From Macrostomum lignano (lineage: Eukaryota): a DNA stretch of 64,000 bases. Positions 49,790 through 61,400 of the stretch are shown here, one piece after another (positions within the stretch are counted from its first letter, which is position 1; each line of letters starts with the position of its first letter). The stretch is taken from the NCBI GenBank assembly GCA_002269645.1, contig NIVC01001658.1, positions 62,001-126,000 of the forward strand, in the 5' to 3' direction. The position numbers and the translations under genes are program-made. The notes beneath the pieces are model-generated. The model saw only the letters and a program-made list of their open reading frames with translations. It was not told the origin of the DNA and searched no databases.

Positions 49790-50339
49790 TCTATCTCTCT
49801 TGGTCTATCTCTCTCCCTTGGCGTACCTTGCTCTCTTGGTCTATCTCTCTTGGTCTATCTCTCTTGGTCTATCTCTCTTGGTCTATCTCTCTCTTGGTCT
49901 ATCTCTCCCTTGGCCTATCTCTCTCTCTTGGCCTATCTCTCTCTCTTGGCCTATCTCTCTCTCTTGGCCTATCTCTCTCTCTTGGCTTATCTCTCTCTCT
50001 TGGCCTATCTCTCTCTCTTGGCCTATCTCTCTCTCTTGGCCTATCTCTCTCTCTTGGCCTATCTCTCTCTCTTGGCTTATCTCTCTCTCTTGGCTTATCT
50101 CTCTCTCTTGGCCTATCTCTTTCTTGGTATATATCTCTCTTGGTCTATCTCTCTCTTGGCCTATCTCTCTCTCTTGGCCTATCTCTCTCTCTTGGCCTAT
50201 CTCTCTCTCTTGGCCTATCTCTCTCTCTTGGCCTATCTCTTTCTTGGTATATATCTCTCTTGGTCTATCTCTCTCTTGGCCTATCTCTCTCTCTTGGCCT
50301 ATCTCTCTCTCTTGGCCTATCTCTTTCTTGGTATATATA

Positions 50340-50413
<74 letters not shown>

Positions 50414-50589
50414 GGTCTATCTCTCTCCCTTGGTCTATCTCTCTCCCTTGGTCTATCTCTCTCCCTTGGCCTATCTCTCCCTTGGTCTATCTCTCTCCCT
50501 TGGCCTATCTCTCCCTTGGCCTATCTCTCCCTTGGTCTATCTCTCTCTTGGCCTATCTCTCTCTCTTGGCCTATCTCTTTCTTGGTATA

Positions 50590-50660
<71 letters not shown>

Positions 50661-50803
50661 TGGTCTATCTCTCTCCCTTGGTCTATCTCTCTCCCTTGGT
50701 CTATCTCTCTCCCTTGGCCTATCTCTCCCTTGGTCTATCTCTCTCCCTTGGCCTATCTCTCCCTTGGCCTATCTCTCTCTTGGTCTATCTCTCTCTTGGC
50801 CTA

Positions 50804-50869
<66 letters not shown>

Positions 50870-50889
50870 TCTATCTCTCTCTTGGCCTA

Positions 50890-50966
<77 letters not shown>

Positions 50967-51050
50967 TCTCTCTCCCTTGGCCTATCTCTCTCTTGGTCTA
51001 TTTCTCTCTTTGTCTACCTCTCTCTCTTCGCCTATCTCTCTCTTGCTTGT
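49790..51050. repeat. 18-bp CTATCTCTCTCTCTTGGC repeat interleaved with (CT)n
   Basis: Read directly. Confidence 0.95.
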
Positions 51051-52149
51051 CTCTCTCTATGTATCTCTCTTTGACTGTCTCTCTCTTAGTCTATCTCAGC
51101 TGTGTCTATCTGGGTATATCTCTTTTTCTGATAATGTTTTCTTCATTTTTATTTCCATCTACCTACCAGTATGTCTCACTGTTGTTTACTAATTCCAATT
51201 TCACCTGTTAGAAAAGTTGTAGCAATCAGACTAATAGCCATGTTAGAAAAAGATTGCAAGTAGGGTAATGACTTTTGGGATATCTGCATGATGATTACGG
51301 GATCTAGAATCAAACTTTATGCTTGTTATTCCATTAATGGGCAAATGGGTGTAGTCAGTAGGTTACTTCGTATGCAAGCTTTCTTCATTTATTCATTCAG
51401 TTCAAGTATGCGCGCCATGGATGATAAAAGCAGTCCTAACCAAGTCTCTGCATTTAGTGATCCATGGTGCACCGGTTGGAGATCTCGGTACAGCCAGGGA
51501 TCGAGAGATAGCCAAGGCCATGAAAATCGCTCTATCTCCCAAATCCCATTCACCCAACCCCAACTCCCAAAGCAGAGATCTGCCTGCTGGCATGTTCCTC
51601 GCTCAATTCATGCAAGTCAGTTTCTCGTCTCTCCCTCCCTCCCCCGGGGGTCCCTGGATGGGGAACACGATCCCTCTGCACGCGACGAGGAGTTCTAGAA
51701 TAAATATATCATTAAATTATGGATCTATGTTTGAGGGGGGGGGGGCTATGCCTGAGCGACAGGGTGGCAGAGAGGAGAGGGAGACACGGAGACAAAAACG
51801 GAACGGGGGGTTGATGAAGTGCAGGGGAGGGGGGTAGAAGTGGTCCCTGGGGTTGCCCACACTGTACAAGCTAGGCAGCTTGGCCGATTTCACCGCGCTC
51901 TTCTCTTCCCTCTCTCTCTCGCTCTGTCGCTCTCCGCCGTTCGTTCCAGTAAACCCTTTACCGCAAACCCCTTCGTTTCTCCTCTCCTCTCCTCTCCTCC
52001 TCGCTCTCTCGCTGTCTTTTCCCCCTCCGTCTGCAGTCGCCCACCATATTAATCACCCACCTGCGAGCCCCAACCCCCAATCCCAATCTCTCCCCTCTAA
52101 CAGACAGAAATTCATTCATTTCTCATTGCTCTCCACTCGCCCTTGTCAT

Positions 52150-52172
52150 CTAAGCTCTTTCTATTCCGTTAG
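52150..52172 (+). promoter_or_regulatory. Splice-acceptor-like site 63 nt upstream of the gene 2 ATG
   Basis: ctctttctattccgttAG at 52171-72. Confidence 0.4.
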
Positions 52173-52235
52173 ACAAGTTAATCTGTCGTGTCATCCAAAA
52201 AAGTCACAATTACAAGCAAAACCTTACCGACAATT

Positions 52236-52459
52236 ATGTCTCTACTCGTTGATGAGAACAGTTTCGGAGAGACGTCCACCGATCCGGACGAACCACAGAC
52301 GCGAAACACCTTCAACGCAGCTTCGTGCACCGTCAAGTACGTCACTGTCTACTTGGACAGGGCCGAGGTCTGTCGGATTCTCCGACCGAAGGTGCACGCT
52401 GGTGAAAATGAAATCCTTGTTCGAGGACTGACGCCCGCTATTGATAAGGATTCCATCAG
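52236..52459 (+). CDS. F37C4.5-like exon 1 (MSLLVDE...DKDSIR)
   Basis: ATG 52236 with an in-frame stop upstream (TAA 52179); ag|GTGAGG at 52460, phase 2. Confidence 0.88.
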
Positions 52460-55400
52460 GTGAGGAAGCACTTTAAAAGCATTTGTACCGATTGGCTTTG
52501 GTCTTTTTGGCACCTGCTTCATAAATGCATCATATCCATCAACGTTTCAAATAGTTCCATCAATATTTCAAATGGTTCATCAATATTTAAAATGGTCCAT
52601 CAACGTTTCAAATGGTCCATCAATATTTCAAATGGTCCATCAACGTTTCAAATAGTTCCATCAATATTTCAAATGGTTCATCAATATTTAAAATGGTCCA
52701 TCAACGTTTCAAATGGTCCACCAATGTTTCAAATGGTCCATCAACGTTTCAAATAGTTCCATCAATATTTCAAATGGTTCATCAATATTTAAAATGGTCC
52801 ATCAACGTTTCAAATGGTCCATCAATATTTCAAATGGTCCATCAATGCTTCAAATGGTCCATGAATGTTTCAAATGGTCCATCAATGCTTCAAATGGTCC
52901 ATCAATGCTTCAAATGGTCCATCAATGCTTCAAATGGTCCATCAATGCTTCAAATGGTCCATCAATGCTTCAAATGGTCAATGAATGTTTCAAATGGTCC
53001 ATCAATGCTTCAAATGGTCCATCAATGCTTCAAATGGTCCATCAATGCTTCAAATGGTCCATCAATATTTCAAATGGTCCATCAATGCTTCAAATGGTCC
53101 ATGAATGTTTCAAATGGTCCATCAATGCTTCAAATGGTCCATCAATGCTTCAAATGGTCCATCAATGCTTCAAATGGTCCATCAATGCTTCAAATGGTCC
53201 ATCAATGCTTCAAATGGTCCATCAATGCTTCAAATGGTCCATCAATGCTTCAAATGGTCTATCAATGTTTCGAATGGTCTATCAATGTTTGAAATATCCA
53301 TCAACATTTAATGGTCTACTGCGCCTCAATCAATGCCTCCAAACCTCCCATTCTTAGCCGTTCAGTGAAATATTTCAAAACATATCCTTCAGTCCCATAT
53401 TAAAATCATGCAGTGACACAAACCGTCTCAGTGGCATATAAGCTGTTTCCATTATGATCCTTAAGTGACACCACCTCTTGCTTTGATCCTTCGTAACAAG
53501 GTAAAAAAGCAACTGTCTGAGAATATGAATTTTCAGTGACGCACTCAAACAGTGACTCGTGCAAAAACAATCCACACCAACTTCCCCTCCCCAACCAGAG
53601 TGGAAGTCAAGGGCCCTGCCACCATCGCCGACGTCTCATTTGTTGCTAAGTACAATCGCGACGACGAAGAGAAGAAGGCGGCTCTCCGCGCTCAGACTCA
53701 GGCTTCGCTGGCTGCCGAGCAGCGCGCTTTAGAGAGCCTCGCCAATCGACAGGTTCGGCTGTTGAAACAGCGCGACGTACTAAACAGCTACGCCGACACG
53801 CTGATCAAGAAGCCCGAGCCAGCCAGTGGAAGCGGCGCCGCCGGCCCCTCGGCCTCCGGGGCCGCCGCTGATGCCACCGAGAGTCAGGTGAATGGTTGGG
53901 GTAACGTGATCATCAGGACTAAATTTGTCACATGGTCTGGACAAACTTGTCTCATGGTTGGGACAAAAAGGTCTCATAGTCCATATACTAAAAGTGGCTC
54001 ATCGTCGGGACTAAAAGTGTGTCGTGGTTGGGACTAAAAGTGTCTCATGGTTGGGACTGAAACTGTCTCATAGTCAAGACTAAAAGTGGCTCATCGTCGG
54101 GACTAAAAGTGTCTCGTGGTTGGGACTAAAAGTGTCTCATGGTTGGGACTGAAACTGTCTCATCGTCGGGACTAAAAGTGTCTCATCGTCGAGACTAAAA
54201 GTGTCTCATCGTCGGGACTAAAAGTGTCTCACGTTTGGGACTGAAAGCGTCTCATAGTCAAGACTAAAAGTGTCTCATCGTCGGGACTAAAAGTGTCTCA
54301 TGGTTGGGACTGAAAGTGTCTCATAGTCAAGACTAAAAGTGTCTCATCGTCGGGACTAAAAGTGTCTCACGGTTGGGACTGAAAGTGTCTCATAGTCAAG
54401 ACTAAAAGTGTCTCATCGTCGGGACTAAAATTGTCTCATCGTCGAGACTAAAGGTGCCTCATCGTTGGGATAGACAGTGTCTCTTAGACATCTCTATGTC
54501 CTAGTAGCGGTTTCTTATCATTCGGAAAAATTTTGCAAAGATGCTTATTGCTAAAAAAAGCCATTCCTTGCAGGACAACGCCTCCAAGTCAACCGGTGGC
54601 AACAACAACTTGCACGCCGCAATCGACGCCTTCGACCCGAAGCACATGGACACGCTGAACAGCTTCTTTGATCTGTACGAGAAGCAAGCCGGAAAGTTGG
54701 ACGACGATCTGCAGGAGACTAAAGTGAAAATTCAAGCTAAAGAGGAGGCCATTAAAGTGCTCGAACGTCAGCTGCGCGACATTGAAGCTCGTTACGCTGA
54801 ACTGCAGAGCCGGTAAGTCACTTTGTATAAATGTTTCAAGTCTTTAAATGCGTATACTCAATAATTAAAAGTATCTGGCAACAATAGAAATCCTGTCTGT
54901 TTTTTCATCTGCATTTCTTTCAAAGTTTCTTTAGCATTCAATGCATAAAATGAAACTTTAGCTATGAAACGTTCCTTTCCGGTGCCTTATTCGTAAATTC
55001 CCTTCACATATAGGGTTATCAGTTATCAAAGCGTCGACATTAATATCAGATATGCAATTGTAATTTCACGGGCAAATGTACTTAGATATTTTTAAATACT
55101 TATTAGGAAGCCACGTGTCCTGCAGGGTAATAGCTTTGCGGTAAATAAATTCCATGCAGACACAATAGCAATTCAGGACACCAGACAGCCAGTTGTTAAA
55201 CAAAAAACACGGGCCATTCCGAACCAAGAAGTACATCTCGCATTCCAGTTTTCTGGATTTTCAATATATGCAATTCACTCGCTATACTTGCGCGCTTGGA
55301 AGCCACAGCAACGTCCACAAGAACGCCGACGGTGCCATAAAAAAACTTGTATTTCCATACAGTCATGATAGTTTCTGCGTGCAGCAGCATCGTGGGAACT

Positions 55401-58400
55401 CGCGCTCTCTCTCTCTCTCTCTCTGCCTCGTTTCATGAACAGCGTTCGGAACCTCCCCCGAGGGAGACGATGCTGACGAAAGGCTGTGCAAAAAAAGCCA
55501 GAGAGAATGAGAGAGAAGAGAGAAATATGACTATTAGACGGTTGCCCGGCTTCCGTAGAATTACAGCAACGGCTGCAGCTCCGGCGCACAACGCGCAAGC
55601 AGACGCGAAAGCAGCCAAACACAGCGGGAAGCCAGCTCGGTTGGAAATTGTTCGGGGATTGATGCGGCATGCGGGAGGCTGGGAGAGAGAGGGGAACTAG
55701 TGGAGATAGGCTACAGCTGGGGCGGCCAGGGTAACGCAGCCAAGCGTTATTGATTTTTTTGACGCGTGCACTTCGGTTCCGAGTGGTTTTCCGGTGCCAG
55801 TTCAGCGCGTATCCTGCACAGTGCATTATGATATTATAATATTATTATAATATTATTTTAGCAACGTAGTGCAGTCAGCACAGTGCTACTAGAACTATAC
55901 TTCTGCGGTAGATCATTTTGTGTGACTCTGCTTCGGTTTTATATGCAAGAATCTCATTATTTAGATTTGCATTCCACGCTTAGGGATATGATACATTGCC
56001 CGCTTAAAATAATCCTGAATTTATTATCTTCATCCTCAGGGAGGTATCTGTGGTTCTGGAAAGCCAGGAGGCCACCCAGCTTGAGTTGCACTTCTCCTAC
56101 GTGGTGTCGAGGGCTCGATGGAGTCCGAAGTACGACATCCGTGTGTTCAGCAACGAGTCCGCTATGAAGGTAAGGCATAGAGACTGACGCTTTGTGAGAC
56201 AAGTCTATATTCTATATTAGCAGGAATGTTCTAGGCATTCTAGAGCAATGCGTTCGACGACATCCGCTAACTCGTGCACACATGCAAGCGCGTCAATACT
56301 GTACGATGGCACACACTCATACACACTCACACAGGGTGTACAGCGATCCTGTCTTTCCCATCGTCGCCCCAGGTACTTCCGCATACTCTGCCCTTTAATC
56401 CCTTGTAGATAATCTACTACGGCATGGTGCAGCAGAACACCGGAGAAGACTGGGAGAACGCGCAGATCTCGCTGAGCACCAGCATGCCTGGTGTGGGCGG
56501 TACCGTACCGCCGCTCACGGTTCAAAAGGCTCACTTCAAGTCTAACAAGCCGTAAGATTAAAATAAATCTAAGTAATCCTGCTTATAAATCTGAAATATG
56601 ATTTAAGGGACAGTCTTGAACAGCAGCGTAGTTTTACATGGTTCCTTATTGAGGTTATTAACATGAGCTCAACAGTACAACCATTTCAGCAGAACACTTC
56701 CTAATGATAGTTGAGGGCTCTTCAGTGTTAGAATACCTTTATTTTGTGTTCCTGTCTATTTTTATAGTGCTACCAATATCCTTGTCTCATCTAAATTTGC
56801 GTTAAACTTATTTGTGTACACACGTATTCTGTTATCTAATTGTGCGAAGAGCATTTGGCTCCTGATTCGAAACTGGCCTTGAAGTCACAGTATTCGACAA
56901 TTATCTTGTACAGGGGTCAAAACTGGGGTTGTCGAGAATTGAGCTATGTTTCAAGTAGTGCGTAGTCGTTATAATGTAGTTAATATATGTAAAATTTCAA
57001 TCAGTGTTTTGCTAGCTAATGTTGTCTACAAGCAATGCTAATTGTAGTGGATGACGCACTGTCGCACCAACTATTTCTAGCAATTCTATATAATTTAGTT
57101 CCAGTTTAATCTGATCTGCGCCACGCGTACGTTAGTTATAGCCTTTGTTTTAACAAAATTAATGCGGTCGTATACGTACGCTCGTAGTAGTCAAGCCACT
57201 TGAGGAAAACCGAGTGAATCCCCGGTCCTGCGGTTTTAGACGCTCCAATACACCCTACACTGACATAAAGTTGTCCGCTCTCTGACGCCCCCTGATGTTT
57301 ACACAAGTCTCCGCCTCAATATCCGCTCCAATTCACATGATCTTAACTTGACATCAAACTCTGTATAATCGATGGCAATGCCAAGTATATAGCAAGTATC
57401 TAAATTTAGGCAACCTTCATCGCCATCCATAATGTTTCTAAACAGAACGCGTACATTAGGCGAATACCATTTGAAATTGACAAAATTATTATTGGATGGC
57501 CTTGAAGCCTTCACAAATACCTATATAATAACCTAAATTTACCGAAATCGCTAATCGATATCACCTCAGAATGGCTTTGAATAAAAACAATAAATAAGAA
57601 ATTATAAATCAAGTCATGCGTTAAAGAAGCTAATTAGAAAGCTATGAAACTCGACCTAGTCGTCTGGCACGTCGCACTATTTTCCTCGGGCAAGCAAACG
57701 TTATATTAATTCATTTCTGTCTTCTCGGGAATCCCGGATCATTAGACTGCTACCTGTGCAACATTTGTCACAATTTTGTGTCTGTCAAGTCAATGTTCCG
57801 AATGTTATTATTATCTAGCATGGCGTGTACGTACTTAAATGTCATAGCTACAGAATTAGGTTAATGAACCACGAAATGCCTTCTTCACCCAGCGTCAGCT
57901 TTGTGAGCAGCGTTGTCGGCGGTGGCGGTGGCGTCAGTGGCAGCTCGCCGGTTCGCCGGGCCCAGAGCATGCGCACTGGTGGCAGCTCTACCCTGCGCAA
58001 GTCCAAGCACATGCCGGTGGACGAAATTCTGGCAGCTGAAGCGGCCGACGACGCCTCGATGGCATCGGAGGTAGCGGGGATTTCCGGTGTTTTGGGATTA
58101 TTTAAATAAAATTTTAGATTGAAGTTGAATTGAAAGAAGCGATATAGAAAATGTTGTTATTTATAAACTCACAGGTAAGTGCAGCGTGATTTGAAATTTA
58201 ACCTCTAACGCCTTACTTTACGTTTTCCTACTCTATAAATATTTTTCGTCACCGCTTTCCGCTTTCAATGTTTCGACAAAAAAGCAAACGCACTCAACTA
58301 TTAATAGTTTTGTTATTTTTTCTACTTTGTTTTCCAGTTTTTTGTTTGAATGCTTGGTACGTAAAGATGCTTATTTTGTAAGAAATCGCTTTTGCTGGAT

Positions 58401-61400
58401 CTGTGCAACATAGTCGATTGAACTGCGCTGCTGTTCAGTGTTAACAATGGGAGCAGGAACAGTCAAGATTTTACAAGAATGAAAGCCAGCCAGGCACTAT
58501 TCTGCAATTTCACTTCGTACTCAAAAACACCCGCGTTCAGCGACTGCACGACCTCAGTGACTCTTCGTCGCAACGCCACCAAGGTAAAGAAAACGCGAAG
58601 CGTCGTCAAAGCGCTGAGTTTCCACGCCGCCAACGATCGCGGCTCGATGGCTCGTCTGGGCGACGATTCACCGGGCCTGGACCCCGACGATGAGTCCTCG
58701 CTGATGCTCCGCTCTCCGACAACGGAGGTGCAGGGCTCGGCCTTGTCTAGCGCTGCAGCTGGCGCGGGTCCATTCTTAGATCTGGCGGCCAGCACCAGTG
58801 GCGGAGTAAAAGAGGTTTCCACTGCGCAGTACTTAGCGATCTATAGTTTAACCAGCTATTCGTTTATCTCAAATGTAGTTAATTTTTCAATTTGTGTTTT
58901 TGTCTCCTCGTCAGAAGCGCTCAAAGCGTTTAATACTGCCGCATAGTTCCGTCCAGTCATTGTTGTGTTGCACACCTCAGATGTTTTAATATAGCTCGCG
59001 TCCTTAAACAGCTCAATCAATCTATTAAAAATTAGAATCCCTCTCATGAGACGGCATAAATTTGGAGCACTGACCCATAGTCTTAACGCCTTAAGCTAGT
59101 ACCAAGGCCTAGTCAAGTAGAAGGATGAAAAAACGTTTCTTGGAAAATTTTAGGAGGCCGGTTTTACCGAAACAATACATGGCTGAGATAGTAGGTTTTT
59201 ATTTTTCCAGCACAAAAATTGTTATTGCTTTTGATAGGAGGCAGACCCAGTGGTTATCTTTTGATATAACTTAGCTATCTTACTTATTTATAGCTCTGGT
59301 GATATTCATACAGAATTTCGTTTAGAAAATTGAGAGTTTATTTAAACTTTATATCTTACGTACAGGTCCTATGCCAAAAATCATAAGAATTCCCCAACTT
59401 GACTGATCATTGGTTTCATGAATCTTTGCTTCCATTCTGTTGCACATTTTGTTACACAGTCATTAAGCTAAGAATGATAAAATAGATTCATGAATCCATT
59501 TTGGCACAGAAGATGTACAATTGTACATAAAATAAAATATTAACATCGAATCCTACTTTTATAGACGAAAAGCTTTACGAATATCCCCAGAACTATAAGA
59601 AAGGCAAGACATCATTGGTTCTGCCCCTGATCAAAAGCCACGTAGATTTTGTTCTAAAACCTCCTATCTCCGAAATGTATTTTTCGGCAAATCCTGCCTC
59701 CTAAAATTTCCCAAGAAACGTACTTTCCCGTTCTTCGAATTGACTAATCCTTGGCTAGTACTCGTACTAATTTACAGCATTCTATTTATTGGCCTAAGCG
59801 TTTGCGATTATCTGTCGTCATAGCCAACTAGTTTTGATGCCACATGTGCCATTCCGGATTTATATTTTTGTGGGAGATTTTTTCATCTGGGCTGTGGCTG
59901 ACTCTTCTACCGAAGTGGAAAGATATTGAACTCTCACTTTGAAAGGGTCGTATTAACACTTCTCTAGACTATAGGCGGGTTGTTGACAGCTTTTTAGCTT
60001 ACAGCTATCGTATGAGCATAACCCTCGTAGTCTATAAGCGAAAAAACACAGCCCTGACAGTGAGTGGCCTGGTTAAAAAAAGTACTTCACTCTGGTAGCT
60101 AGCGCTGACTCATCGCTGGCTGAGAGAAGAATTGAATAGCGAAGGGTATTATACGGCGGAGGAAGGAGAGGGGTTTGGCTATTCAGCATTTGAGAGTGAC
60201 TGAATGGGCTGACTGAACAGCAAAAAAGCCCCAAAGCCAAACCATGCACCCTCGTGCCTGCACAGCGACTGCAAGCCTCTGAATGTCTTCACCACAATAC
60301 ACACCCTACAACTCGTGCACCGCTTTGACTGACTCTTGGGCGCTACAAAGCACAAAGTCTAATCCTTCACATATGATCTTTTTTAATAATAAGTTATTAA
60401 TGCACAACCTCTCATGAACAGATAATTGAATACAAATCGTTTTTTTTGTTATTCATCGCTTCCCAATCCCAAGGCTTAGCTTTGCCGCCAGCGTATATTT
60501 TGGATACACTCAACTGTCGGGCCGAAACTTTAATTTTGTCCACGGCGCAAAGTCTTAAACTATTCATTGTACCTACTCCTGCCCATCAAAGTTAGATTGA
60601 GATCAAAGCAGACATAACTGAATTAATCGACTGTTTGAAAAAATTAGTTTATCCCGTAAAACATTCCGCGACGTTGATAGACGTGGCTGGGAAATTAGTA
60701 CTTTTGCATTAGGCCACAGGATGACGATGTTATACGTCGATCGAGCGTCGGTGTAATTTAAAGGTACCTATTTGCCAGTGACATACATCAACGTTGGATT
60801 GCTATGCGGGTATAATAGATAATCAACTGACTGTGATTCAATAGAATATATCTGGGATGTCGGGATATTAGAAGTTTCTTTAAAGTTATCCGTAACGGAT
60901 AGATTCTAGATCTGTCTTTGTAATTACTTTTCGTCCGAGTTCGTATTAAACAGTGATCCCAAATTTTTGCGTTGTCTTTTTTGGAGCCTAGTTTTTTTAA
61001 ATAAGCGTTAATCGCACTACTACTAAAACAACTTTACAGCAAGCTGGTCGCGCCGGAGACACTCTCAGATCTGGCGGTTCCAACATCCAGAGCACCCAGT
61101 TCGAAGTGCCTCGCCTTTTCACTATTCCGTGCGACGGCGAAGAGCACAAGGTGACTATCGCCATTATCGACCTGTGCCCCACATTCGAGTACGAGTCTGT
61201 GCCGCAGAGGGCTCCATATGCCTACTTGAAAGCTGTCGTTACTAACACGTCTAACTATGCTCTGCTGGCTGGGCCTACAAACATCTATGTGGATAACAAT
61301 TTCATCGGAAAGGTGAGAGTCGAAGCATATTTAGTGCCGATTCTAGTAAAACAATTTAACAAAACTGTGCAACAACTATGGAATAGAGTAGATTTTCTTT

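Noticed and set aside
39481-51211. Many ORFs in the 39.5-40.4, 42.8-45.1, 48.6-49.3 and 49.7-51.2 kb arrays
   Set aside because: All are periodic translations of tandem repeats.
55275-55826. GC-rich block with overlapping minus-strand ORFs in gene 2 intron 3
   Set aside because: The ORFs run through (GA)n/(CT)n tracts and lack protein-like features; it may be regulatory or TE-derived, but nothing specific is supportable.
57299-57514. 71-aa minus-strand ORF (also 48043-48243)
   Set aside because: Short, no recognisable motif and no supporting splice structure.
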